This document shows, in pieces, positions 42,801 to 55,534 of a stretch of DNA of 64,000 nucleotides. The notes beneath the pieces are model-generated. The model did not search any database, had not been told where the DNA came from, and worked only from the letters and a program-made list of their open reading frames with translations. The first letter of the stretch is position 1, and the number at the start of each line of letters is the position of its first letter. Source of the stretch: Antedon mediterranea (Eukaryota > Animalia > Echinodermata); the NCBI RefSeq assembly GCF_964355755.1, contig NC_092677.1, positions 9,694,101-9,758,100 of the forward strand, given 5' to 3'. A program made the position numbers and the translations under genes.

Positions 42801-45487
42801 CAGAGCTTTACACCATTGGTAACATAGCATTATTCCTCAATAAAGACCATTCCAATTTAGACCACTTGGCAGAGAGATTAGAGCTTAGATTTGTAATTAA
42901 AAATAATTTTTTTTACAGGGTACATTTGATGATTATTTAGAATTATTTCTACAATTTGGTTACATTTCATTATTCTCCGCTGTCTATCCTCTTGCGGCCT
43001 GCTTCGCCTTAGCAAACAACTTGATTGAGATTCGATCAGATGCGTTCAAGTTTTGCCGAGTTTTACAACGTCCATTCTCCAGGCCAGCGGGAGACATTGG
43101 CACTTGGTTGGTAAGTTAAATCTGTATTATGGACAACAGTGACCTTTTAGACTGACCGGTCCTTTTCTCAATACAGTAATGAGTAAAACATATACATTAG
43201 AGCTTCTCATTTGGGACACATATATTAAAAATGTCCCCCCTGAAAAAATAATTCTTAAAAAAATTGTTGTTGAATATTCCATTTTATTGTAACATAATAG
43301 TTTTCCACTTTAACCAAAAATTGATTTTTAAAAAAATGGAGTTACCTGAAAAAATGTAATTTAAAGCAAAAAATGTCTAAAATTGACTGCCAGATGGGTT
43401 TTGGTTGAATTTAACCATTTTTTATGAAAACATTATTTTTTGGGGGTTTTTTTTTCTATGGAAGTGATTAACTTTATTAAAACTACAAAATAAAATATTC
43501 AAAGGCTGATTTAATTAATCTTCATTTTTCATGTTTTTGGGGGACAATACATCTTTAAGGGAACACTTTCCCATTAGATTGCAATTATATAATGATAGTT
43601 ATGTTTTTTACCATCATTTCAGATAGTTTTTGAGATAATGAGTGTGTTGGCTGTAGTTACTAACTGTGCCTTGATTGGTATGTCACCAGAGATCCAAGAG
43701 CTGTTGCCGCAAATATCGCTCATTAAGCAAGTGCTTATATTTGTAGCTGTTGAAGTAAGTGCAAGGTTGTCATAAAGTTCTGTCTACAATATCAAACTTT
43801 ATGCGACAACAAAATGTGGTGTGCCCATATATGGACATGATGATGTCATATCACTACCATATTTGGGCATGTCACTACCATATTTGGGCATGTCACTGCC
43901 ATATTTGGGCATGTCACTGCCATATTTGGGCATGTCACTACCATATTTGGGCATGTCACTGCCATATTTGGGCACATCACTCTATTTTTGACTAGTTTGA
44001 GTTTTGCTTAGCAATGTGAAAGGCTGGGCCAATATGTTGCTCCTTGTTTGTTTGTTTCTACTACTACTACTAGACCTTACTACCATACGATCACGAGGTC
44101 TTCATTTAAAATCCTTAACAACCTGATACAATCGTTCATATGCTAAACATGTGACAGACTGTATTTATAGCTTTAAAACATTGTTTCTCTACAGCATCTA
44201 TTTCTTGGAGCCAAAGCAGCGATTGCAATATTAATTCCAGATCTACCAGAATGGCTTGAGATAGAGTTAGCCAAAGAGGAGTTTCAATCAAAACAGGCAC
44301 TTTTACAAAAGGTAACATATAACTTCAAAAATGCTTTACAAATTCTGATGCATTTTATTTATTTAGGGACAAGGCCTTATTTTTTTTTAGTTTAGGGGTG
44401 AGATAAGCAAAGTAAAATGTTATTTTGGATGAAAGCGATATGGTGCAATAGACTAGCATTTGAGAGGCATGGGTTCAAAAATTGTCTGTGTTTTTTTGCT
44501 TGTATCATTAAGTAAGATGCTTTACTCTCATTACCTCATCCATTGGATGGGACATAAAGCCGTTGCTCCTGGTGTGCATAAAATGCTTATGTCCGAAAAG
44601 AGAAGGTAATCGTCTCCCAGTCTGCTGATCATGACTTGGTTTATTGGCAAAATAAAATAAAACCAAGCATAAATTAAAATCATCAAATTATAAAAAATGG
44701 CAATATGAGCCAAACATTTCTCTTGTAAAGTTTTACCCACTTTTAATCTTTTACGATGAGATTTAAAAACTGCTAACCCTCCTTGTTAGAAGTGATCAAT
44801 TAAAGTCGCATTGTCCTTTCTACAAACACTCTCTTCACGTTGAGACTGTTTACTACACACAACCTGTGAATGCTGCTGTATGGTGTTTGTCCTCTGACCT
44901 TGTTTAAGTCAAGTTTAATGTGAATTCCATTATTACTACTTCTATTGATGATCACAGTGTAAATTTGTAGAATACTATGTATACGGCTTCTGTTGAAATC
45001 TGCAGATTTGGTATTTACTGTGTGAACACAGGCTTATTTTTTTGCACTAGGTTGCATTCGCACACAACAAGGTCAAGCTTTATGTTGTAAATATTAATAA
45101 ATATACAGGTGTGGTATTTACTGTGTGAACACATACTTATGTTGTCCTTGCATTATGTTGAATTCACACACAAGAATTATGTAATAAGGTCAACTTAATT
45201 ACATTGTAAATATCAATCAGTGTGCAAATTTAGTATTTACTATGTGAACACATACTTATGATGTCATTGCACTGTGTTGAATTTACACACAAGAATTGTG
45301 TAATAAGGTCAACTTAATTACGTTGTAAACATCAATCAGTGTGCAAATTTAGTATTTACTGTGTGAACACATACTTATGATGTCCTTGCACTGTGTTGAA
45401 TTTACACACAAGAATGATATATACATTGCTACATAATTTTATTTTTTTTTTATACAGAAAGCAGAAGCTATGAAAAAAACGGATTGA
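36865..45487 (+). CDS. ANO10: Anoctamin-10 (TMEM16K) lipid scramblase; 655 aa
   Basis: Exons 36865-37246, 38407-38532, 39230-39352, 39502-40071, 40389-40444, 40977-41051, 42025-42189, 42919-43110, 43623-43754, 44195-44311, 45458-45487. Motifs [85 protein letters not shown]. Confidence 0.93.
37499..38255. mobile_element. ~760-bp non-autonomous DNA transposon with ~80-bp GC-rich TIRs (ANO10 first coding intron)
   Basis: CGCCGTGGTTAGGATTCCGGCACCGGAACTCAACTGCCCA...CGACACGCTATTGCGCATGCCCAGAGC at 37499-37578 is the reverse complement of 38176-38255. Confidence 0.75.
38554..38741. mobile_element. Tourist-like MITE family D copy
   Basis: Family TIRs and four internal 21-bp units. Confidence 0.7.
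40194..40339. mobile_element. Tourist-like MITE family D copy (opposite orientation)
   Basis: TAA|AGCTCTGTCTACACTA...TAGTGTAGACAGAGCT|TAA. Confidence 0.78.
40520..40855. repeat. Low-complexity TCAATC-based repeats
   Basis: TTTCAATCCTTTATA and TCAATCTTTCA(G/C)T units. Confidence 0.7.
41085..41288 (-). mobile_element. tRNA-derived SINE family S1 copy
   Basis: Reverse complement matches 8273-8486. Confidence 0.75.
41400..41958 (-). mobile_element. Helentron/HINE-like non-autonomous element
   Basis: Terminal hairpin TTACCTCCGCCAAGGAGGT on the minus strand, a subterminal inverted copy ACCTCCGCC at ~41427, and an internal (GTCT/GTTT)n microsatellite. Confidence 0.55.
42372..42582 (-). mobile_element. 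tRNA-derived SINE family S1 copy
   Basis: Reverse complement matches 8273-8486 and 41085-41288. Confidence 0.75.
42705..42807. mobile_element. Tourist-like MITE family D, partial
   Basis: CCCAAATATGGTAGTGA unit and right TIR. Confidence 0.6.
43229..43554. mobile_element. Kolobok-like MITE family B copy, nested in another repeat
   Basis: Right TIR GGGGACAATACATCT|TTAA; left end partly deleted. The flanks rejoin to GGGACACATATATTAAGGGAACACTT. Confidence 0.65.
43776..44000. mobile_element. Tourist-like MITE family D copy with an expanded internal 21-bp array
   Basis: Left TIR plus six TCACT(A/G)CCATATTTGGGCA units. Confidence 0.72.
44438..44700 (+). mobile_element. Degenerate tRNA-derived SINE
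   Basis: TGGTGCAATAG...GGGTTCAAA head followed by GGATGGGACATAAAGCCGTTG, reminiscent of conserved-domain (Deu/Meta-type) SINE bodies. Confidence 0.4.
45005..45415. repeat. ~120-bp tandem repeat, about 3.5 copies (ANO10 last intron)
   Basis: GTATTTACT(G/A)TGTGAACACA recurs at ~45011, 45114, 45232 and 45352. Confidence 0.8.
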
Positions 45488-45574
45488 AAAGTTAAGGAAA
45501 CAAGTAAGATTGGATTTTATTTTCAATGTCTTTGCCGTATTCTGATACTTTTAATTGCATTGTTCTTCTGCAAC

Positions 45575-45900
45575 AAGCATAGAGACTGTTTAATGTTTGT
45601 TTATAACGGTGAAACTTCCTGCTGTTTCATAAGCTGTTCCTAATCAGTGAAACCTCTGGACCAATCATGAAGGTGTTTTCTTAGCTGTTTTTAATCGGTG
45701 AAACTTTTAGACCAATCATAGAAGTTGTTTCATAAGCTTTTCTCAATCAGTGAAACTTCTGTACCAATCACATTGACTGTTTTATAAGCTTATCCTGTGA
45801 AACTTATTTGGACCAATCATAGAATTTGTTTCCTAAGCTATTTTCAATTGGCGAAAATGTCTCGACTGTTCTCTAAACATTTTTAGTTGGTAAATCGTAG
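45575..45900. repeat. Degenerate ~47-bp tandem repeat in the ANO10 3'UTR
   Basis: Recurring GTGAAAC..GACCAATCA..GTTT..TAAGCT units. Confidence 0.65.
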
Positions 45901-47056
45901 TTGCCAATACATCCAGTTATCCAATGGCAGAGGCTGTTTCAAAGCAGGATATCCAGTAACAAGAAGCTAAACCAATCGAGAAGCTTGTTATATGCTACAT
46001 CATTCCTTGTGACATTAGACCAGTGAAATACCTTGTTTTATATCTTCCGATATCTTTTATTCAATTGAACAATTTATTGTAACAGGCTGTAGTACAAGTT
46101 TATCATAGTTTTTGAATAATCTATGAACAATTCTGGACAAATCATAGAGACTGTTATACAATGTGTTTGTCAGAACATTTTCAAATTAGACCAATCACTG
46201 ATTGTTAAATACTACAGTCCACCTACTATTCCATTTTAAAATGTGTAATTTTGTCTCATTTTTGGGAAACCAAGTCTGAAAATAAATACTTATTCATCTG
46301 TTGAACATTATAGTAATAGGGCATTGCAATTGTTCTGTATTGCAATTATACAACCAAACTATTAAAACAACCAGAAATCCTCATATTAAACAGAGTATAT
46401 TCTAGTACAAGTAAATATATATATTTTTATAAATGCTGATTCTTTTCTATATACAACTCTATTTTTATACTTACTTTCTTATATAATATTATACCAATCT
46501 CACCTTTTAGGCTTCTGTTAACATTTTTTATAAACAATATTTCCATATGTTTTACATACATTCTATTATAATATTTGTTTATTATTATTGTTAATTCAGA
46601 GATTTTTTATTAGATATTTTTTTTAATAGTTCTACTGTAGACGTAGGCCTACAGTTGGTTCCGTTTTCAGAATTAATATATTATTTTATTTAATTCAATT
46701 ATATTATTTTAAAAGTACTTTATTATTAGCTTAGTTGTTTCATCAATATATTATTTTTGGGATTTCTAATTTATAAATAAGTTTTAATTTAATTAAGTTT
46801 TTTTCCTAATACAGGTCTACCCTTGAGTTAACTCCTCAAATTAGGTAACTCACCCCCACCCAATTTAGAAAACATGCTCTTTAGTTAGATACTGCACATC
46901 AATTAGTTTGAGACAACACTCTCTAAATCCAGATAACGCACTCAAATTAGAGACCACACACTCTAAATAGATATCGTTCTCTTTGGCAAGAGAATACTTA
47001 CTCTCTAAGTGAGAGATGACAATATATAATAAGATACTACTCTCCCTCTCCATTAA

Positions 47057-47510
47057 GTGCTCTCCAATTAGAGGCTATGCTCAGCTCTCCAATTAGAGGC
47101 CATGCTCTCCAATTAGAGGCCATGCTCTCCAATTTAGAGGCCATGCTCTCCAATTAGAGGCCATGCTCTCCAATTTAGAGGCCATGCTCTCCAATTTAGA
47201 GGCCATTCTCTCCAATTTGAGCCCATTCTCTCCAATTTAGAGGCTATGCACAGCTCTCCAATTAAGAATCCATACTCTCCAATTAGAGGCTATGCTCAGC
47301 TCTCCAATTAGAGGCTATGCTCAGCTCTCCAATTAGAGGCTATGCTCAGCTCTCCAATTAGAGGCTATGCTCAGCTCTCCAATTAGAGGCTATGCTCAGC
47401 TCTCCAATTAGAGGCTATGCTTAGCTCTCCAATTAGAGTCTATACTCTCCGATTAAGAGGCTATACCCTCCAATTTAGAAGCTATGCTTTCCAATTAGGG
47501 GCCGTACTCT
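47057..47510. repeat. Minisatellite of 20-25-bp CTCTCCAATTAGAGGC(T/C)ATG(CTCAG) units
   Basis: About 20 directly visible units, homogeneous at 47275-47435. Confidence 0.92.
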
Positions 47511-50500
47511 TTAGACTTCACACTTACTCTCCAGGTAATTGGTTAATAAAACCATCACTTAGTAAATAAAACATAATAATGTTACTGTTTTAGTGTTTAT
47601 CGTTTTTTTATTCAGGTTTGCAGGTGTAGAATTCATATATATATATATACAGTTTATAAAAGATGATGAATATTCAATAACTTTTGTATTCAAAATATTA
47701 ATTAATAATTGCTCTATAGTTTATTTAGTTACGCAATAAAAATATTGTAAAGTTTCTTAAATTTCAAATATTTTGTTGTCTTGTGTGAAATTATTATGCT
47801 ACCGTGGAGCATGGATTAGGCCTACGTGGAGGAAATGCAATTTTATTTGTACCTCTATCGATGTTTGATGTACTGATGACGCAAATCGCGTTTACTTATC
47901 ATTTTTTAGGTGTACTGTAACGCATTATTGGCTCGTGTTTTGTCGCAATTGCGTGTCGCGAAAGTTAAAATACAACACCGGTGTAAAAGTGACAGGTATA
48001 GAATTCAAAGCCTGTGTAAACCCAAACGTTGTAAGTAAACATTAAAACTTGTAGTAAACATTGATTTTAATCCCTAGGCCAATGATTTCTACCCTGTCTA
48101 TTGACGTCGGTGAAGAAAGGCCTACACTGCAGATGGCCCATGAGTGACACTCCTTATATTGTATTCCACGTGTTATTGACTGATGTTTTGGTATCGTTAG
48201 GTGTCGTCGGGTTCCAAAGAAAACACAACCTCCCCTGAGGAAAATAATAGTAACGTAAATTAATTTTTAACTCAATATTTTTGTTTATTCAGAGTTTGTG
48301 GTTTATTAATGGTACTAGATTTGGCTTAATATAATGTAGTTGTATGACTCACTGTGTTTGCATACGGCATTCCATAGGAGAACTCCACGTGCATACAGGG
48401 CAGCAGGGTCTTGATTCCTGGATACCAACATTTTTTAATTTTCCTCGTGAATATTTTTTTAATAGCCACCTACACCGTAACATCATTCCTGTAGAGTTTT
48501 GAAAGATTTGTTTCAAAGAAAAACACATGAGAGGAAACAATTTCGCGGTTTTCCATTGATTTTCACACATTTTAGAAAATAAGAAACCTTCCATTATAAC
48601 CACAGAGAAAACTCTATAAACACTCAACCAATCAGAAACGTCCAATCATTTTTCTCAAGACGTGACGTCATTTTCGGAAACTGTCACTCATATATGACAT
48701 ACGTCATTCAAACGGGGGTCGCACGAGGATATTTAAGTCGTGTATAACACGTTTAACTCACAAAAAGTAAGCCTTTAATTGGCATATGTCGAAATATTTG
48801 CTAAGCGCGGATGATACCATAAGGACCCCCCGGAACATGTATTAAATATATATAGCAAACCGGAACTCTTGAATTAATTTAGCCTTAAGTATCCGTAATT
48901 ATACCTTAAGGATCCGTAATTATAGCCTTAGAAATGTAAGCCTTAGTATCCGTGGTAATTCCTTTAACTGTAGTAAATCAAATAATAGCGAGACCAAGAG
49001 ATCATTTGATATTGGAAATTGTTGACATTTTACTTAATACGAAGGGTTGAGTTAGACAGTAATGCACTTTCCCCTGCCCAATGTTATTATATGTTACGTT
49101 GTATCTTATTGTATTAATATTATAGTCGAATAAATAAACAAAATGAAATTATCGAAGTATATGATCACAATTTTCTAATATATCTTTAAAAGAACTTGGC
49201 AACTTTTGAAAAAAAGCACCATTAACTTAAATAGGCACATAGGATATGTCCTTGACGATTTTTCCCTAACCGAAAATACTACTGTACGCAATTATTATTT
49301 ATTTATTAAAATGTAATTGTGGCAATCGACTTAAAGACAACGTATTGGAATAGAAAAATAGAGAATGCCCCAATAAGTGGATTTTTCAGAGACCGTTTTT
49401 GCTCCGTCGTCGATGTGTGGATGGGAGTTCACTGTATCGTACTTTTTCTAATGTTGTTCACACTCAAGAATTGATACAAAGAGTGTGAAAGGCAAACCAA
49501 CGAGTGTGTGTATTGCCTTGGTTGTTTCGGAATGTCTAACATTGTTGGGGAACATCGTACTGGGAATTAACAAACATCCGTTTTGAAATGTGAAAATAGG
49601 CCTATATTTTAAAAATACTATAAAAACGTTTGTATTACCATTTTCCATTTGAATGTTCTTTATTCTTACTTATTCTATTGTCCTTTTCAAATTGTTTTCG
49701 TAGTCGTACATTTTATAGTTAGTGTTCTTAACAACAATAAAAAAAACTTTTTAGTTCATGGTTTGCGTCAACTTTTTAAAGTAAGAAAGTTTGATATTAT
49801 GTTCTTTAGGTTATGTTCGCGTCAACTCTAAGAAGCAGTAACGCGTTTCTCGGGTGTTCTGCGACATGATGATTTCGTTGTATATTATTATATTACGTCA
49901 TCGTTTTTTGACTATAAAATGGGAAAATTCCCTATTCTCAGTTGTAAGTCCGATGAATAGGTCAAGTTAGTGTTAAAGTGTCAGACAGTATGATAATTAC
50001 GCAATGAAAATAATATAATCTGTTTCTTTACGGACTACCGAAGGACACCACCTACGAATATCTATTCAAAATTGTAACTTACAACAATAAAAACAACTTG
50101 TTTGTCATATTTTCCATCCAATTATTATATATTTCAATAATACCTTGTCACGAATGACTTTATTGGCGTGTGGTAGTGTTGATGTTTTGTTCTGGATGGT
50201 TGCGTTTCTACTAGAAAGTAAAGTGTATACATTGTTGGTCTGTTCTTTCCCACGCCGCCTCTGTTTTTAAGGCCCCATTCGGAGTCTGGATCGATACTCA
50301 TAAAAAAAAATAGTGCAAATATATAACACCATCCTACTATTAAAGAAAACAATTATTAGGTATAAGAGTCTCTAAATTACGTACACCACTATCTTTCAAT
50401 TAAAATGAAACTGAGGAAGTTCGTAATTCAGCAGCATTCACAGTAGAACTCCTCATTTCCAGTCGAAGAAGAAATGCAATATATTTTAACACTCCACCAA

Positions 50501-50768
50501 CCTCTATTAAGAGGACACTTTGTTGTTCCTGAAGGTATCACCACCTTAATTGGTTTTCTATACTACAACCAATACTTAATAAGATTTCTATTAAATTTGA
50601 CATCCCTCTACTCTGCCTTGTATTGTACATGATATACGAAATTAAGTCACCAAAAACGGTCGAGCAAAATTTTAATGTATACGAATTTTCTGAGAGCAAT
50701 AAAAAGTTACCGTGAAAGCTACTATCGTGCTAAAGATATAGTTACTAAGTTACTAATGTAGAACCGTA

Positions 50769-50910
50769 AGCTCTGTCTACACTATCAAACTTGTTTGACA
50801 GTAAAACTGCGATGTACCCAAATATGGTAGTGATATGACATCATCATGTCCATATTTAGGCACATCCAATTTTTTTGTCACATAAAGTTTGATATTGTAT
50901 AAACAGAGCT
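50769..50910. mobile_element. Tourist-like MITE family D copy
   Basis: Family TIRs and one internal unit. Confidence 0.72.
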
Positions 50911-52237
50911 TGATTATGTGTTAACAAGATGAGTAAATACTAACTTTGAGTGGAGGTTTTTTGGTACGTGCAATAGTATCCCACTTTCCACTTGTGCGTT
51001 GTAGGTGAGGGGGGGGGGGGGGGGGGTAATCGGCTTTTATATTTGATTGCATTTTTACAAGACGAGATTTTCGTTGGCTCTAGTGTAAGATCATGCGGGA
51101 AAAAAACCCAGAATCTTTATTATTATTATTAAACAATTACCTCGATCAAAAGCTACTCAAATCTCAGACACAACAACAAAATCCTTACATCAATCTCAAA
51201 ATAGATGCAGGCTTATATATAACTGTCAATGTAAATAATATGCTAGTCGTAATAGTCCACGGTGGACTGCTTCAGTAAGTGTTCTGTAAACTATCCATTT
51301 AAAGTCAGTAAACAAATCGAATGGAAATTTTCGTTAACATTACGCTCAATTTAGTAGACAACAGGGTAATAAGCAGCCATGGCTAATTCGGCGACTCGGA
51401 GACCTGGGAACTGCCCTTAACACCATGTTGTTCGTTAGTGACGGTGCAGTATTAACTGGGCTACAGTTCGGCGGCGGCGCGAATGGCGCGTTAAGTTGGA
51501 CAATAATGATGCTCTTCTTTACTGAAATAATGTTTTTTTTTTTAAATAATTCGTTGCTTTATAAATGTATTAGTGCGTGTGTAGGTCTAAGGACGATAGG
51601 CCTACTTACAGTAGGAAAGTATGGTTGGGTGCTTAGCATTAAAGAAATCATTGATGACGTAGGGGATCCCCACACCTATGTGCTACACGTAAAAATAAAA
51701 ATAAAATAGAAATTGATAAACAAGGAAGATGAGAGGAAATATATGATAATGAGAAAAGGTCTGAAGCCGAGATTCAAACCCGCTTGCTTGGTATACAGGT
51801 ATCGTAACATTTGATACTGGGGCTTTCATTTTATAGTTTATTATCTGAAAAATGTCTAACACAGGACTCTGAGAAGGTCACATAGAATATGAAAATAGAA
51901 GACCGGAATAGTAGGCTCAGTCAACTCAAAACCACACAGTTAAAACTAGATTATAAAAACTCACTTACTTCCGGAAAATTCAATGAATGAGATTATCATT
52001 TTAATTTTAGTCAACCAATAAAACAGAGTTATGCGAGGTAGGCCACAAAAATGTCGCCGTTTTAACGGACTCGGATGCCGTTGGTACACGCTCTTATTTT
52101 GTTGGTAATCTTGTCGGTTTTCAAACTCTTTAACCATATGGTACACTTGCTAAATATTCCTAAACGTGGGTGTTTTGAAAAATAAAGTTTTATTGTATAG
52201 CTTTAAAGATTAACACCTGATTCTAAATAAAAATTTA

Positions 52238-52584
52238 AGATTTATTGTTCCTGAATAATAATTTTTTTTTAATATTTTTGTTGAATATGCCACTTTAATG
52301 TCACATAATAGTTATCCACTTTGACCAAAAATTGAATCGAAAAAAAAAATTATTTACCTGAAAAAACTGTAATTTAAAGCAAAATATGGTCAAATTGGCT
52401 GCCAGCCAATGGATTTTTGGTTGGATTTTACCATTTATGATGTTATTTTATAAGTTAAAATATTGGTGATTTTTTTTTTTTTTTCTACGGAAGTGATTAA
52501 CTTTATTAAAACTACAAAATAACATATTCAAAGTCTGTTTTAATTAATCTTCATATTTTCATGTTTTTGGGGGACAATACATCT
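52238..52584. mobile_element. Kolobok-like MITE family B copy
   Basis: Shared internal sequence and right TIR GGGGACAATACATCT. Confidence 0.65.
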
Positions 52585-52734
52585 TAAACAAAATTGTGCC
52601 GTCAGGACCATTAAAAATGTAAATTGATTGTTGTAAGCACAAGGTCCGACGATAAATATCTCACCAAACCGCATATTGTATTGTCGCACAAACTGATGCA
52701 CATTTAATTATATATCATTACACACGTGTTGCTG

Positions 52735-53135
52735 ATACGTCACGTTATAGCATACATCTTACGTGCGTATACATACGTACTGCAGTAATGTTTGTTGTCA
52801 ATCTTGACATGGATGATACGTCACGTTACGTTATAGCATACATCTTACGTGCGTATATATACGTACTGCAGTCATATATGTTACGTGCGTATATATACGT
52901 ACTGCAGTAATGTTTGTTGTCAATCTTGACATGGATGATACCTCACGTTATAGCATACATCTTACGTGCGTATATATACGTACTGCAGTCATGTATGTTA
53001 CGTGCGTATATATACGTACTGCAGTAATGTTTGTTGTCAATCTTGACATGGATGATACGTCACGTTATAGCATACATCTTACGTGCGTATACATACGTAC
53101 TGCAGTAACGTATGTTGTCAATCTTGACATTGATG
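52735..53135. repeat. Compound tandem repeat with ~120-bp period
   Basis: TTACGTGCGTATA.ATACGTACTGCAGT and TTGTCAATCTTGACAT blocks recur. Confidence 0.88.
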
Positions 53136-54139
53136 CGTCATCCTGTATGCCACTCATAACCCTAATGTACAGCACATGATATCCCTAACTTGAGCACAAT
53201 GTCAATGTTATATAACTCGCCAATTGATGGATGGCAGTGTGTACTCAGGTGGTACTAGACTTGTGGGTTAAATAATGTTCACTGCTAAGTCCTAATATGT
53301 TTGCGAAAGTAGGTCTATAGTTCTATAATGTTTTAAAGGTACTTTTCCGGCAGCTACAGTATGTTATCTAACATTATCATGTGAGAATTTTAAATGTATT
53401 TGGACCGTACAAATGAAGACAGGAGATTACTTGCTGGTTATATTAAAAGTTAGTGTTAGGATTAGTGTTGTTTTTCTATGAGCATGCTGTCTTCACTTGA
53501 TGGTCCTGATATAGTTCGTAGACTGTTTACTTATTAGCTGAAGTAGGCCTAGTAAGCTGTGGAAAACCGTCGCGCTGTGTTAAACCAAGCCTACCATAAT
53601 GCGCATGTCCCGTAATGTTGTAAAGGCATTTATTGTCCTAAGAGGCAAAAAGTAAATATTGTAGCATACACTATACTATAAAACAAATAACCCGAATCAT
53701 AAGGCCTAAGGCTGCATTCCTTAATTGCTATAATGACGTTTGAACAGTACGATAACAATCGATATATCAGTCTGGCTTCTCTACTCAAAAGGGTTAATTC
53801 TACTTTGTTATATTTTTCATTAGAGATTTTAGCTGTTATTATAACAAAATGGCTATAGCCTATATGGCTTTCATTTTGAATGGAAATAATGGTCACTCAG
53901 TGTGAGATAATAACGATGCAGTACCACATCGTCACAACCATTCGGTACCACGAATGAAAGAAAACGAAATAAAATAAACATCATTCGAGTACCGTGTGAT
54001 GGTGATTATGTTGTCAATTTAGCACCGTAGGTGACGATGAGGTCATTTGGGCACCATATACTGGGGTAGGCCTACTAGGTGGTGATGAAGTGGTTTTCAG
54101 TACCCGATATTGTGACCATGTGTTTATTTGGATATTGCA

Positions 54140-54825
54140 TATATGGTGACAATGTGGTTCCGCATGGTTGTGACGACGTGGTACCGAATGGTTGTGACGA
54201 TGTGGTACTGCATGGTTGTGACGATGGGGCATCGCATAGTTTTGACGATGTGGTACCGCATGGTTGTGACGATGTGGTACCGCATGGTTGTGACGACGTG
54301 ACGCTGCATAGTTGTAACGATCTGGTACCGTATAGTTGTGACGATCTGGTACCGAATGGTTGTACCAATATCATACCACATGGTTGTAACAATATAGTAT
54401 CACATGGTTGTGGCAATGTGGTTCCGCATGGTTGTGACGATTTGGTACCGCATAGTGGTGACGATGTGACACCGCATGATTGTGACGATGTGGTACCGTA
54501 TAGTTGTGACGATGTGATACCGAATGGTTGTACCAATGTCGTACCACATGGTTGTACCAATATCGTACCACATGGTGGTGACGATGTGACACCGCATGAT
54601 GGTGACGATGTGGTACCGCATAGTGGTAACGATGTGGTACCGACGACATGGTACTGCATGGTGGTGACGATGTGACACCGCATGATGGTGACGATGTGGT
54701 ACAATATAGTTGTGACGATGTGATACCGAATGGTTGTACCAATGTCGTATCACATGGTTGTACCAATATCGTACCACATGGTTGCGACGATGTGGCACCG
54801 CAAGGTTGTGACGATGTGGCTCCAC
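54140..54825. repeat. 24-bp minisatellite (CATGGTTGTGACGATGTGGTACCG), about 28 units
   Basis: Direct inspection; it explains the overlapping repetitive ORFs on both strands. Confidence 0.93.
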
Positions 54826-55416
54826 TACCAAGTTTGGTGGCGGGAGTATTAAATACATCGTGATGTAATACTATTGACTAACGATCAAAACAGTAGTATT
54901 TTTATTGTAGTAAATTCATCCAACATTGAACAAAAGTGTGATGTCAATAACTAACAAACCTGATTGATAGACAAAGATATTTATCAGATTCAATTATAAA
55001 TTTCGTATGATACAAAGGTCACATCTTGTATAAACACTAAAGACCAGAGGCCAATATAATTCATTGTGCGAACCAATATTTACACTTAGGTTTTGCAGTC
55101 GGATGTTGGAACAAATTAGTCTGGTATAATATGCTTATATGATTGTGGTGTCATTTTGGATACATGAATCAATTAATAGATTAGAGCAGTTATGTAATAC
55201 ATTCATTCTGTATTCTTATTTATAATGTAGGCCGGCAAGGACAGAGGTGAATGACCTGTAGGGTGAAATCGATGTGTTTGGTTTTATATAGGCTAACTGT
55301 AGCGAGCGTTCGGTTTGATAATTCGGGCAACTGAGAACTCGCCTGATCGAGCGTCGTTGTCTCCCAAAGACCTGTTATGGTGGAACTCGTCTTATACCTG
55401 TATGCGCGGTGAGAAT

Positions 55417-55534
55417 CAGTGGCGGATCCAGAATTTTAAAATAGGCGAAAATGGTGAAATGAAGGACTGAGCTTAATTTGCATTACAATTTGTAAAAAAA
55501 TCCCCCCCCCCTCCCCTTCCTGGATCCGCCCCTG
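55417..55534. mobile_element. Short MITE with CAGTGGCGGATCCAG TIRs
   Basis: TIR pair CAGTGGCGGATCCAG / CTGGATCCGCCCCTG, flanked by AGAAT on both sides. Related pieces at ~12358-12470 and ~21745-21850. Confidence 0.65.

Noticed and set aside
43759-43995. His/Cys-rich ORF (YHYHIWACH repeats) and similar ORFs at 38450 and 33313
   Set aside because: Translations of the 21-bp internal repeat of MITE family D.
47874-47900. CTGATGA hammerhead-like core (also at ~28665)
   Set aside because: No correctly placed GAAA or stems I and III.
54014-54863. Seven overlapping ORFs of 71-209 aa as real genes
   Set aside because: All are translations of one 24-bp minisatellite, with no splice or homology support.
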